From Flectonema sp. DT1601 (lineage: Eukaryota): DNA of 64,000 bases. The stretch covers positions 744,001 to 808,000 of the forward strand of contig OZ025787.1 of assembly GCA_964019425.1 (NCBI GenBank), given 5' to 3'. The first letter of the stretch is position 1. Every line of letters begins with the position of its first letter. This document shows positions 1 through 10,896 of this stretch, piece by piece. Below the pieces are notes generated by a model. The model searched no databases, was not told the origin of the DNA, and saw only the letters and a program-made list of their open reading frames with translations. A program made the translations under genes and the position numbers.

Positions 1-1
1 C

Positions 2-3000
2 TGATATACCAAAGTTTATAACACCACTTTGTGTTACCCAAGCATTAGTTCCATCTGCTGCTATTCCGAGTTCGAATGATGAATCAAAGAGAACATACGA
101 GTCTACGAGAGATGAATAGACTAAGGAGGAAGGCATTCCTTTGAATCTTAAAAAAACTGCATCCACTGGAGGACCATTTTGTGGAATAAAATTATACACC
201 ATATTATCAACGTAGATGATATCATTTGATGTTATTCTTATCTCAGGTAATGATTTAGATAAGACAGTTATCGAAACACAGTAGACGTTTGGACTACTTC
301 CTGCTCCGCAATCACAACAGGCTTCAGTTGCGATGTACGTTTTTCGATTAGATTCTTCTAATCCTTCAATAAAACATTGATTATTATCTAAATAGTAATA
401 ACAATCATCACCGTGAATATCCTTCCAAGGTTCGTCTCCATCTCTTAAGTCAGAACATGGAACGTATTTGGGTTTCGTAACAATGAAACCTCCGCAGACG
501 AATGAATCTGTTTCCGTATATAAATTAGATTCAAATTCGAAAGAGAATGATTTATTGAATGAGAAGACAACAAACGATAAATCAGAAATATATCCATATT
601 TTGGAAGTATTAAAACATCAGTACCTTCAGTAGAAAAACTATACTCATCCACGGCGTATGAAAACGGCGCGACCGTTCCCATCTTTTTGACGATGTTTTG
701 TTCGTCAAAAACAGTCGACGGATTGAATTCTAAGAATTGACGATAAGCGACAATTGGATTACTTCCATCAAATGAGAAAGTAATTTCTTCAACAAACCAC
801 GGCCCACCAACAGCTTTAATTGTGAAACTTGTAATCTCATTTGGGTTATCAACACTCAAGTATGAAACTCCTTCTCCGATATTTGATTCGCAATCTGATG
901 ATGACCACGATTGTTGAGATATTACTTTACCGCGGAAAAGTGTAGTCAAATCAAAAGTAGAAAACGGACTGACAGTTGTGGCGTAGAATCTCAGGTTACT
1001 TACAGGTGCACTAATCGGACCAAAAGTAAACTGAACAGTCTCACCGTCAGCTATCAACAACGAAAGGGTTCCCGTTGCTTCAGATGCTTCAATCCTACAG
1101 CTACTGACGAAGATCTTCCCACCATCAACAGGCTCTTCAACATTAGAACCCGATGCGAGTTCTTGCCCTTCTTCGTAAGAAGTAAAAACAACAGTTTGAA
1201 GACCCGAAGGTCTTAAAACTGTATCATCAAAGGTATAGTACATCTCACTGAGCACAACTGTTTCTGTTGACTCCAATGTAAAGTAAGTAATTCCAACGGA
1301 TATGTAAAGTTCTGCACAATAAAAGCCTCCAGAACTTCCACAAGTACTAAGAAGATCTATTTGGTGGACTACTGTTTCAGAATCATCACTGTAAGCAGTT
1401 AGTGTCACAAAGGACTCAACTGTGCTCACTAGAACGATGAAAAGCTCTTTGATGGAAATAAAATTAAACGACACCCCTGAAACTATTGTTGGAGGCAATT
1501 CCCAACCAAATAAATTATCGAAAACAGCAACAACATTCTGAGGAACTCCAACTTTACCAACAGAGAATATCATGTGACTGTTATAAAAGTCTTTTGGATC
1601 AAAGCTACCCACTTCAGTAAATAATAATCGTTGAATTCCATTAGAAACTACCGAGGGAACGGTAAACGAGTATTTCAAACTATCAACAAATACAGTACCT
1701 GACTCCACAGACATTGTTAACCAGGTGATGTCATCAGTTAGATATGCGTAGTAAAACAAGTTGGGGGCCCACTTGGCTTGATGAAGAACAAAGTTTTCAT
1801 TATTCACTATAACTGTTGCTGGTGATGTGCTTGTGAAGATTACTCGCAGATTCAGTACAGTCAGATATGAAAAGCAGATGTCGTACTCTTCCTCACCTCC
1901 GAGTTTCCACTTACCATCTAAAATAACCCCACCTGATGAGGCTATTGCAAACTGATTAATGTAGTCGGAGTTGAAATTATTTGGAGGCGGGCCGTCAGGC
2001 AACTCTGAGAATCTAATCTCGTGAAGTCCAGGTTTTGGAATCGATTCTGTGAAAGAATAATACAACTCATCCATACTCAAATTAATATCCTCCCCGAGTG
2101 TTGATCCAATCACTATCTCATCAACATACTCTAAGAAGAAGAAAGCACAATAAATGACATCAGTCGGGTTCGAACAGGGGACATTAACAGTCTTTGTCAC
2201 ACTCTGTAAAGTAGATTGCGCAATGGTCATGTCAATGTGTGCTGGAACTTGTAATCGTATCCGCATATACTTCGCAACCACTTTTACTGCTGCTGGTGGA
2301 CTCTCAGTAGTTATCTGGAATCGAAGTATATTATTCAGTGTTGTGGTTGTATATTTAAAATTAAAGACGACACCTCCTTCAATCACCACAATCCCCAAGT
2401 CTGAAGTTGTAAACGTTTCTTTAAAAATACCCGTGATACGACTCTCTGGGATTACTAATTTAGACTTTCGAAATGAAAATATTAAATTATCCACATAATA
2501 ACTTGATGGGGGACGTGCATACAATTGCAACTCTGACACACCAAAGAAGAACACATCCATGCAATAAACTTGAGAAGTACCACCGTTGCAGGAACAACAA
2601 GCTTCTGACGCCGTGTAGACGTTTCTCAAAGACTCGAGTGAACCATCAGATAAACAAAGATCATTTTCAATATAAAAAACACATTCGAATCCTTGTGAAT
2701 CAGTCCAAGGTACTTGCCCACCTTCACTACTGATAGATAGATCTGTGCACGTTATTGATTCTGGTCTGTCGATATTAGATCCTCCGCAGATGTATGATTC
2801 GGAAAGTTCTGTTGTTGTAATGAACTCTCCTTCAGTTCCTCTTGCCCTCATCTCAATATTGAAATCGTTTGAAAAGGAACTGACGATAAGTCTCAGTTCT
2901 GTTGTTTGATGTTCAATAAATGAAAGTTTAGTAATTCCGTCTTCATCACATTTCATTGAAAAAGAATTATCAAAAGAGTATAGAGAACCTGTTCCATAAA

Positions 3001-6000
3001 TACCGTACATTAGAAACTCTGAGTAGTCTACTTCTGTAGTAACTCCATCTGTGATACGTCCATCATTAAGCTGATTTATAAAAGCAGAATCCGGTCCAGG
3101 AATATCTTCATAAAAACTATAACTCAATTTAGTTATGTAAATGGTCATTCCAGTACTGCCTATTACTTCTATTCTATCAAAAGGAACGTTTACTTTCAAA
3201 GACCAGGTGAAACATTTCATGTTAGCAATCTTCTTATCACAAGTATACATAAAAGAGATTGGTTGTGAATCTACGTGAGTTTTCCAATATCTATTTACAG
3301 TAATGAGACCTACGTCCTTAGTAGACAAACTGATTTGGAATGCTATCGGAAGAAGATGTCCGAATGAAAACTCAACGTTTTCAACACCTCCTTCCGGATC
3401 ATCAATCAGAGTCAGTGCTACGTGTTCACTGCCGAGATAGCTACCAGTTGTACCACGTAATGGATTGTTTTGAGACATTGAAAGATGTTCAATTTGAGAA
3501 GGAATCGAACCGATGCCAGGTCCATAAGATGAAAAGTCTACTATGAATACCCCCGAGGGTTTCAGAAGCTCCTCATCATGAAATGAGTATGATATTTTAT
3601 CAACCACTACAGTCGATGAAGCAGATATTTCAATGCTATCAAGACTTACATAACTGTAAGTCTCAAAGCAGTATTCTAATGCAACGTTGCTACATAAGAA
3701 GTATTCACTTACGAATATCTCATCTGATCTTTGTTTTACATTCATTACGTTATAGTTAATGAGAATTGATAAGTCTGATACTGAGGTACGAAAGGCAATT
3801 CGAATTCCCTTTATTTTAACAAAATTAAATTCTATTCCCACCATTAAGTTGGGCTCTTGAATCACCCAAGAACCCCCTTCAACAGCATTCATAGTAATCT
3901 TGTTAATCATTAAATTATTTTCTTTATCTCGGTAATCATAAAAACTGCTTACAACAGTACCAAGATTTGGAGAGAGCAGACCAACTGGAATAAGTGGAGT
4001 GCTATCAAATGAGTAAACCATATCCTCAACATAAATTAACGAAGTAGCGTCTGTGCTTAAAGAATCAAAAGTAGTAGATGAGTAAATAAACGTTCCTGCA
4101 GCAGATCTTTCTTCTATGTCACTGTTTTTGAAAAACGATGCACGCTCAGTAAGCTGAAGTTGTATAGTATCGACAACAAGACCATCAAGACTCAGAGTTA
4201 TTGTAACAATAACTGCTACACTCGAGTAGAATGTAGCACGAAAAGTTAAAACTGGATATGAAAACAGTACGTATGACATCTTCTCTCTTATCATTCCATC
4301 TATTATCACACCGTCACTAATGTCAATGTGTTGGCAATAATGATCTGCCATTGAATTCACTTTCGAGATTGGGTTTTCAAAATCTACAAAGTGCACTCCG
4401 GCTTTCTCTTCCATCTTCGCAGCAGGTGAGAATGCATACGATAACTGCGCGATATCGACATCCGGATTTACCTCTTCTTGAACGAAAACTTCCACATCAT
4501 AAACGTTGTAGAGAATTATATCAGCAAAGAAGTGGCTGCCGTATGTCGTGAGTTCAATGTTGAACCTAAATCTTCTAAGACCGGATTTGATATCATTATA
4601 TCTGAGGTTGAGAGACACGCGATCCTCGTGAATCAGTACAAACCTGACTATGTAGACTCGTGTATAGTGTGCTTCTGTAATCCCAATATTTTTTTCCACA
4701 TCTAAACCGAAAGTAATTGTTGGACTGTCGAATAACGAAGCAGGCCATGCCGGTACTGCTATCGGGGATCGTTCCGCACTGCCGCTAAGAGAGTAGATAA
4801 AAGTAGATCGATAGTCATCACCGAGACCTCTAAAATCACTAAAATCATTGTAATAAATATTACTCAGATCTGGTTTCGTCTCGCCGTAAAAGCTGAAGAG
4901 AATATCATCAACGAATAAGTCTCCAATTAACGCAGTAATCTTTAACTCTGTAACTGCCGTAGAAACCTCATAAACAAAGCAACGGGTCTTGCAGGCACAG
5001 CAGGCTGTGGATCCCGTTAAGCCAGCATTGGCGAATGCTTCATCATCTCCCTTTATGCTGCAAAGGTTTTGAGTTTCATATGCAGTGCAATCATCACCCG
5101 CGGCGTCAATCCAACTCAGGTCAAAGCACTCAGATGGTTGTGCTACACGATCATCTCCACATATCCAGGAATCAATTTGTTTAATATTTCTCGATACAAC
5201 TTCATCCGTGTAACTGTTGATCTCTAACACCGTAGCTTCAAAATCGACAAATGCAATAATTGTGAAAATGAGAGTCTCTATTGGGAAGAACATCGACTTT
5301 ATTTCAGCACTAACAACTGAAGTTACATGTAATGAAATCGTATTATCATACGAAAAGAAACTCCTTTCATGTTTCCAATAGTAAAGACCTTTATCTTGGT
5401 ACAAAGTATAGTCAAATTCAGTCGATTGCTGACCTCCCCAGAAAAACTCGTCGAAGCTTGACAGTAGCATTCCTCCTCCCGGTACCAATTTGTTTGCAGA
5501 TGTCGAAAAGAACTTTATTGACTGAAGTAGAGTTCTCGTATCCGTTTGCGTGGGTTCAGATCCGACACCCAAATTTATTGACAGGAACTTGCAGTTCACA
5601 GAAGTGTATTTCGCGGAAGCACAAATGTAGTCATTATTAATCCCACAAGGAACCTTCAAAGAAATAGGAGGCAATACATCATTATCACATAATAATTCTA
5701 TAACGTTAGAGAAACTAGGCTGTAGTAGCTCTACAGGTCCTGAAAAGGTAATCGCAAACTCTTTTATGACGGGATTGAACTGAAGTCTAACGGTACTCTG
5801 TGTGATGACCAATCCGTTTGATCCAAGACCAACATTATTAATAATTGGTGTGTCGATATCAATTAACCCAAGTGAGTCGTACGTGTCTTCTGCAATAAAT
5901 ACATCAACCCCGTCGGGATCAATCGGAGGGTTGTTGAAATCGATAGTCTCTGAAACACAACCATTAACACAATACAATAAAATAACTAATACTTTTGAAC

Positions 6001-6040
6001 AGCTGCTTCTTAGGTCCAGCCACCCCTTTACTAATTTCAT
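2..6040 (-). CDS. Giant secreted/surface protein (>=2013 aa, 3' end outside window) with ~780-aa internal repeats, each carrying a WxDxxGxxCxxY...ACCxC cysteine module
   Basis: Not in the ORF track because there is no stop in the window. Manual translation from ATG 6040 (MKLVKGWLDLRSSCSKVLVILLYCVNGCVSET, signal-peptide-like) stays open to the window edge (..TQSGVINFGIS). Cys modules at ~4980-5165, ~2580-2795 and ~300-500. Confidence 0.85.
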   Translation of the reverse strand, partial: MKLVKGWLDLRSSCSKVLVILLYCVNGCVSETIDFNNPPIDPDGVDVFIAEDTYDSLGLIDIDTPIINNVGLGSNGLVITQSTVRLQFNPVIKEFAITFSGPVELLQPSFSNVIELLCDNDVLPPISLKVPCGINNDYICASAKYTSVNCKFLSINLGVGSEPTQTDTRTLLQSIKFFSTSANKLVPGGGMLLSSFDEFFWGGQQSTEFDYTLYQDKGLYYWKHERSFFSYDNTISLHVTSVVSAEIKSMFFPIETLIFTIIAFVDFEATVLEINSYTDEVVSRNIKQIDSWICGDDRVAQPSECFDLSWIDAAGDDCTAYETQNLCSIKGDDEAFANAGLTGSTACCACKTRCFVYEVSTAVTELKITALIGDLFVDDILFSFYGETKPDLSNIYYNDFSDFRGLGDDYRSTFIYSLSGSAERSPIAVPAWPASLFDSPTITFGLDVEKNIGITEAHYTRVYIVRFVLIHEDRVSLNLRYNDIKSGLRRFRFNIELTTYGSHFFADIILYNVYDVEVFVQEEVNPDVDIAQLSYAFSPAAKMEEKAGVHFVDFENPISKVNSMADHYCQHIDISDGVIIDGMIREKMSYVLFSYPVLTFRATFYSSVAVIVTITLSLDGLVVDTIQLQLTERASFFKNSDIEERSAAGTFIYSSTTFDSLSTDATSLIYVEDMVYSFDSTPLIPVGLLSPNLGTVVSSFYDYRDKENNLMINKITMNAVEGGSWVIQEPNLMVGIEFNFVKIKGIRIAFRTSVSDLSILINYNVMNVKQRSDEIFVSEYFLCSNVALEYCFETYSYVSLDSIEISASSTVVVDKISYSFHDEELLKPSGVFIVDFSSYGPGIGSIPSQIEHLSMSQNNPLRGTTGSYLGSEHVALTLIDDPEGGVENVEFSFGHLLPIAFQISLSTKDVGLITVNRYWKTHVDSQPISFMYTCDKKIANMKCFTWSLKVNVPFDRIEVIGSTGMTIYITKLSYSFYEDIPGPDSAFINQLNDGRITDGVTTEVDYSEFLMYGIYGTGSLYSFDNSFSMKCDEDGITKLSFIEHQTTELRLIVSSFSNDFNIEMRARGTEGEFITTTELSESYICGGSNIDRPESITCTDLSISSEGGQVPWTDSQGFECVFYIENDLCLSDGSLESLRNVYTASEACCSCNGGTSQVYCMDVFFFGVSELQLYARPPSSYYVDNLIFSFRKSKLVIPESRITGIFKETFTTSDLGIVVIEGGVVFNFKYTTTTLNNILRFQITTESPPAAVKVVAKYMRIRLQVPAHIDMTIAQSTLQSVTKTVNVPCSNPTDVIYCAFFFLEYVDEIVIGSTLGEDINLSMDELYYSFTESIPKPGLHEIRFSELPDGPPPNNFNSDYINQFAIASSGGVILDGKWKLGGEEEYDICFSYLTVLNLRVIFTSTSPATVIVNNENFVLHQAKWAPNLFYYAYLTDDITWLTMSVESGTVFVDSLKYSFTVPSVVSNGIQRLLFTEVGSFDPKDFYNSHMIFSVGKVGVPQNVVAVFDNLFGWELPPTIVSGVSFNFISIKELFIVLVSTVESFVTLTAYSDDSETVVHQIDLLSTCGSSGGFYCAELYISVGITYFTLESTETVVLSEMYYTFDDTVLRPSGLQTVVFTSYEEGQELASGSNVEEPVDGGKIFVSSCRIEASEATGTLSLLIADGETVQFTFGPISAPVSNLRFYATTVSPFSTFDLTTLFRGKVISQQSWSSSDCESNIGEGVSYLSVDNPNEITSFTIKAVGGPWFVEEITFSFDGSNPIVAYRQFLEFNPSTVFDEQNIVKKMGTVAPFSYAVDEYSFSTEGTDVLILPKYGYISDLSFVVFSFNKSFSFEFESNLYTETDSFVCGGFIVTKPKYVPCSDLRDGDEPWKDIHGDDCYYYLDNNQCFIEGLEESNRKTYIATEACCDCGAGSSPNVYCVSITVLSKSLPEIRITSNDIIYVDNMVYNFIPQNGPPVDAVFLRFKGMPSSLVYSSLVDSYVLFDSSFELGIAADGTNAWVTQSGVINFGIS

Positions 6041-6222
6041 GTTCTAGGATAATTCAGGTGTGTGTTGGCCTCCTGGTTGAATGCAAAAGATAACGAATCA
6101 CAAAAGACACAACAAGTGAGTGTGCCTATGATCAACGGTGTTGAAAACAGCTGGTACTTCAAAAAACAAAATAATGTCATTTAATCTAAATAGTAAAATA
6201 CATAACAAAAAATTAAAAAATA

Positions 6223-6253
<31 letters not shown>

Positions 6254-6342
6254 GACCCGCACGAACCATAAGTTCCAAAGACACAACAATAATAATAATA
6301 ATAATAATAAATCCTGATAACAGTGTTGTTTAATATAATCGA

Positions 6343-8697
6343 CTACTGATAATGATATGGCCGCTGACGCACTGCTTCCGGACTGTGTTTTAGAATTGTG
6401 TGATGCAATTCTTGTAGTGCTTCATCACATGTTCTGCGGCTGTCATTAGACTGGTGATTCTGAAGGAGGTTTCTAAGTGAATTTATTTCGTCAGCTATTT
6501 CTGTTGTTAGTGAGAGCACGATCGCTTCTGAAGTGCGAGAGTGAAGCTCCTTATTGTGAACTGAAACTGGAACAAGAGGAGAGAGTGATCTAATTACCCT
6601 TCGATACGAAGCATCAATCCGCTTCAAGTCTTGGTCATACCTCAGTCTATACATGTCTTCTCTTTTCCAGAATGCTTCCTTCCAACCGTTCATTTCTGAC
6701 CTTCCTCGGGCCTCGTCAAGTTTTACTTCGTAGCGCCATAGCATTTCGTCTTGTGCTACATCGTTTATAACCATCGTGTACCCTAATTGATTCTTTATAT
6801 GTTGATTTCTGTGTTCTGTAAGTGACTGAGATCTGAACTGTTGAAGCCTACGAAAATAACATCCAAGTAACGCCTTCGTGTTGTTTAATGAGATGGCGAG
6901 GTCTTCTTTTCTGTGAAACTTTCGATGTACTACCCAGCGACCAATCTTCGTAAAATATAATCGAAGTAGTGAAATAGTGATGTTTGTGAATTGATGGTTT
7001 GCCTGTCTCATCTGTGTAGATAAGATCTGACGAATCCTCCTCCTCTTAATTGAATGATTTAATAAAGAAAACCAATACAGACGAAGGTGTTCGCGAACGG
7101 TGCGGTTTTCAACTGGTGTCATGAGAGCCTTGGCGCGTTCTCGAATTCGCTTCCGCATTGTGAGTCGCTCGTCTACTAAGTTTCGAGAAGAAGAGTTTCG
7201 AATGGATTCCACCTCACGAAATGCAAGAAATCTTTCTCCTGCTGCGAAATCAAAAAGAAGTTCCATCCCGCGTTCCATTGTTTCCGAAGTTATTGCAACT
7301 CGAGCCTCAAGTTCTTCATTTTCCACAAGAAGCGTTTCAGAGAATCTTTTTTGAGCTGCAGCCTCATCGGCAACACTAAACTGAAAATCATCACCCTCAT
7401 GTGTGTATGTTGAAAGTGACGAGTTTTCCGTAAACTCGGGTGAGTTCTGAAACGCATGTGTTGCTTCAATTTTTCGAACTACCTTTCTCATCTTCTCAGA
7501 AGCCATAGAGTTCTCTGCTCGAATTCTCTGCATGAACCGAGTGACACCAGAACTATACTCATCGCTGGTCATACTTTTCGCAGAAATTACAACAATTCGT
7601 TTCCAGCTGTTGTCAGGTCTGACCTGACTTACAGTAAAGATATTATAATTAGAAATTACAACAACTTCACATCCCAAGTATTGAGTGACACCTGACAAGT
7701 AAAGACTACTCGGACAATCAAGAACGTGAAATAATGTCGACTCCGATTTATCAGATTCAGATACAGGAACTGCAGAAGGAGATGAATATGAGTAAATAGG
7801 TTGATTCCACACAAGTAGATTATTTACGAATATGTCATCAGAAGAAGGTAGAGAGAAGAAAGCTTCTGGGCAATTAGTAGTACAGAGAGCTGATAACGTG
7901 GCATTCCATTTTGGATGCGGAGTTTCTGAGAACGGAGGAGGGCGATTTCTAATTCCTGTGAAAGTCTTTTGCGAAATATAATCTGATCGACGAACACAAA
8001 GAGCAGCTGGCTCACCTTCTACAGCCATACTTGGAACATCATTATATCCCATATCTCTATCTACTTCCATAGGAAGCTGTGCTGCTTGTCTCAATACCAA
8101 TAATTCTGAAGGTTGTAGAGTTGGGTAAATCATCACTAGTGCTGGATCAACAGATAAAATATAACCAATTGATGATAATATATTTCTGACTGAACTACTC
8201 TCATAAGGAGGTGCGTAAACCCATTGACACATTTCATCGACTACATCTGTGTAAGGAGAGTCATTAAAAGACTCCTCTCTAGACTTTAAGATATCAAATG
8301 CTTCAACGGGAGATGAAATAGTTATGAATGAATTTAGTCGGTAATGGAGCTCTGGATTTGAGAACAGTTGTGCAGAGACTTCCGGTGAATTTGAATTGAC
8401 GGCCATTCTGCTGTTGATCGAAACTAACGATGGAACACTTTGCACTGCAAGCCTTGCTTGAACAATCTTCCTACCGGTTCTGACATGTTCTGCTGTGGTT
8501 TCCGTCGTCGGTAGGTTTCCTAACTGTTTCAAGTCTCTGCCGACATCCTTCACTGCTTTTGAAAACCCATTCCCACCGAGTAAATTATGTATTAGCGTCC
8601 CTTCACTTATAGAACTGCTTCTAGAGATTGGATGCTCCCCTCGCAGTATTGCGATTAATTCCTTTTCATCAATACCACTGTCTGGACTTGCTGTCAT
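6343..8697 (-). CDS. Hypothetical protein, 784 aa, helical/coiled-coil C-terminal half
   Basis: Long intronless ATG-initiated ORF co-oriented with its neighbours. C-terminal LRLYW/LRLYF/LGCYF-type helical repeats; no family confidently recognised. Confidence 0.75.
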   Translation of the reverse strand: MTASPDSGIDEKELIAILRGEHPISRSSSISEGTLIHNLLGGNGFSKAVKDVGRDLKQLGNLPTTETTAEHVRTGRKIVQARLAVQSVPSLVSINSRMAVNSNSPEVSAQLFSNPELHYRLNSFITISSPVEAFDILKSREESFNDSPYTDVVDEMCQWVYAPPYESSSVRNILSSIGYILSVDPALVMIYPTLQPSELLVLRQAAQLPMEVDRDMGYNDVPSMAVEGEPAALCVRRSDYISQKTFTGIRNRPPPFSETPHPKWNATLSALCTTNCPEAFFSLPSSDDIFVNNLLVWNQPIYSYSSPSAVPVSESDKSESTLFHVLDCPSSLYLSGVTQYLGCEVVVISNYNIFTVSQVRPDNSWKRIVVISAKSMTSDEYSSGVTRFMQRIRAENSMASEKMRKVVRKIEATHAFQNSPEFTENSSLSTYTHEGDDFQFSVADEAAAQKRFSETLLVENEELEARVAITSETMERGMELLFDFAAGERFLAFREVESIRNSSSRNLVDERLTMRKRIRERAKALMTPVENRTVREHLRLYWFSLLNHSIKRRRIRQILSTQMRQANHQFTNITISLLRLYFTKIGRWVVHRKFHRKEDLAISLNNTKALLGCYFRRLQQFRSQSLTEHRNQHIKNQLGYTMVINDVAQDEMLWRYEVKLDEARGRSEMNGWKEAFWKREDMYRLRYDQDLKRIDASYRRVIRSLSPLVPVSVHNKELHSRTSEAIVLSLTTEIADEINSLRNLLQNHQSNDSRRTCDEALQELHHTILKHSPEAVRQRPYHYQ

Positions 8698-8815
8698 TTT
8701 TAAGGGACTTTGAGAAACAATAAAAGTAATAATTGAGATTGCAAAAAAGAAAAAAAAACCAAAATAGGAACAGGAATACGTTAGTAAACTTGTTTTGTAA
8801 ATAAGTATTTTTATA

Positions 8816-9511
8816 TTATTTTATCTTTGGAATGAAAGCAGCAGAATTACAAATAGAGGTCAAAGTCCTCTTTGGGAGAGGAGGTTTGTCTCCTACAGGA
8901 TTCGATAACAGAGGAATAATATTCGATGACAAGTGTCGTCTTGGAAGTAGTTTTTTCCCCTTCTTTGGAACTACTGTTTGCGGCTTGCGACGACTTCGTT
9001 TTCGATAAGTCTTCCCTGCAAGTGGTTGAGATGATAAAAAAAGAGAAGTGTCTGGACTGTGTTTCTCAGACCTCAAGAATATCGGACTTCCTAATTTAAC
9101 ACTTTGAAACTTTACTCTCTTGGGCTTTACGAGAGAAGCATATATTCTAGTTCGGTTTTCTTTACAGATAGGAACACCATTAATATCGTAGTCGTCATAT
9201 ATCCACCCAGCCTGAAGGATACTCGCCTCTTCTTCATAAGGAATTAAAGAAAGATTTATACTGTAGTCAATAGCAGGTGGAGCAGTGGAGGGTCTCTTTT
9301 TATCAGATAACCTGTTTTTAATTTGTGAACTTGACGCCCAAGTTCTTTGCGATTTCGTTTCTGCTGTTGCTGGTCGCTGAAGTGCTGTGTTAGATATCTT
9401 TACTAATAATCTATTTTCAGATTCAATTTGGGGTTTTAGAAGTTGCGTCATAGACCATTCACTTCCTCCTTCTGCTACTTGCATTACACTACCAGATCTT
9501 CTAACTAGCAT
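8816..9511 (-). CDS. Hypothetical basic protein (~231 aa from MLVRRSGS; start uncertain)
   Basis: 260-codon ORF (8816..9598) in the track; ATG at 9511 chosen as plausible start. RPATA/RPSTAP motifs, K/R/P-rich. Confidence 0.6.
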   Translation of the reverse strand: MLVRRSGSVMQVAEGGSEWSMTQLLKPQIESENRLLVKISNTALQRPATAETKSQRTWASSSQIKNRLSDKKRPSTAPPAIDYSINLSLIPYEEEASILQAGWIYDDYDINGVPICKENRTRIYASLVKPKRVKFQSVKLGSPIFLRSEKHSPDTSLFLSSQPLAGKTYRKRSRRKPQTVVPKKGKKLLPRRHLSSNIIPLLSNPVGDKPPLPKRTLTSICNSAAFIPKIK

Positions 9512-9922
9512 TGCTACTGCTGTGTAAAATAAATTTGATTTTAATTCTTTGAGACAACAAAGTATCATTTTTTTAGTTGGTAGATGGTTATCAGTCAAAA
9601 GAAGGGGAGAGGGCGGGAAAATTCAATCGAATGAAAGTTCGTAGGACAACAAACAAATAATGGTTGGTTTCGGGCTAAAATTAAAAAATCTTTCTTCGGA
9701 CTATTCCCCTTACCCAGCCCTCTTCAGCGAAGAAAGTAAGGGGGGCACTGCGGTGTCAGGCCTGTCCTACTCATCGCGTTTGCCCTTCTCAGCCATAGAC
9801 CATTCTTCCTCCTTCTGCTACTTGCATTACACTACCAGATCTTCTAACTAACATTGTTACTGCTGTGTAAAATAAATTTGATATTAATTCTTTGAGACAA
9901 TAAAGTATCATTTTTTAGTTGG
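9449..9922. repeat. ~130-bp imperfect direct repeat (9449-9580 and 9794-9922) duplicating the 5' end of the 8816-9511 gene
   Basis: catagaccattc...ttctgctacttgcattacactaccagatcttctaacta...tttagttgg occurs twice with a few substitutions. The upstream copy has a 2-bp deletion that frameshifts MLVRRSGSVMQVAEGG into a stop. Confidence 0.9.
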
Positions 9923-10896
9923 CTACTTATATCATATTACGTCACTCTTTGTTAGATAAAAAGGGAAGAGAATATGAGTTTTTTATAAGATAGTTTGCAC
10001 TAAAATCAAAATATATATAATAAAAAAAATGAGAAAAAGAAGAAGAAAGGTTATAAAAACACGTTGCTCTGCTGTTTCAAAACAACGTGGAATACGTAGT
10101 TTCAGAGAAGACTTAATCTTTTATACTACTTGTACAAATAGAGTGATAAATATAATATGAATTTTTTTTTTTTGTTATTAAATAGTTGCACCAAATCAAA
10201 ACATAAAAAAAAAAAAAAAAAAGTTACGAAAAACACATTGTTCTGAACCCATTTTTTTAGATAAATCGGATCTAAAAATAGATAGATAAAGAAGTCCTTA
10301 CGCTGCATATTGCGCATCACTGAAACAGTTAATTATAGGGCAGAGGGTTAACTCCATAGCTACGATGACACGGCAACGTAAGTAGACCCTTGTTAGAATT
10401 GTTATAGGATAGCTTGCACTATGTCCGATTGCTAACGGAGTGAACAACGAGTATAATCAAAAAAAAAGGAAATAAAAACCTATAATTATAACATAAAAAA
10501 AAGTTAAATATGATTATTTTTTTATTTATAACTAATAGGTTTTTTATTTCTTTTAATATATTTATTAAATATAAATAAACATCAAATTAGACTTTGAATA
10601 GCGGGGTTAGTTTTGGGCAAAAAAAAAAAAAAAAAAAAAAAAAAAACTTTTTTTTTGAACAAAGAGCATATTTTTTGATCCATGAACAAAAAGGGGATTT
10701 TTTGACAACTTTAAGAACGAAAAAAAAAGAAAAAAAAAAAAAAAAAGAACAACATTTGCTGAGTTTCTGAAAACTGAACCTTATTTGTAAATAATAGAAT
10801 GTGTAAGTAATGAAAATTTTCGAACTGCAAACAAAAAATAACACCAACAGTGGCGGGTAAGGCTTCTAATAGAAAAAAAAATAAGTAAATAAACTA

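Noticed and set aside
468..6047. Plus-strand ORFs over 468-6047 and the many short + ORFs inside other genes
   Set aside because: Antisense shadows of the long minus-strand CDSs; no recognisable protein features.
10126..10847. Poly-Phe/poly-Lys ORFs (also 6098, 14606-15256, 18240-18582, 25329, 28787, 29315, 31772, 34103, 62893-63972)
   Set aside because: Translations of intergenic homopolymer tracts.
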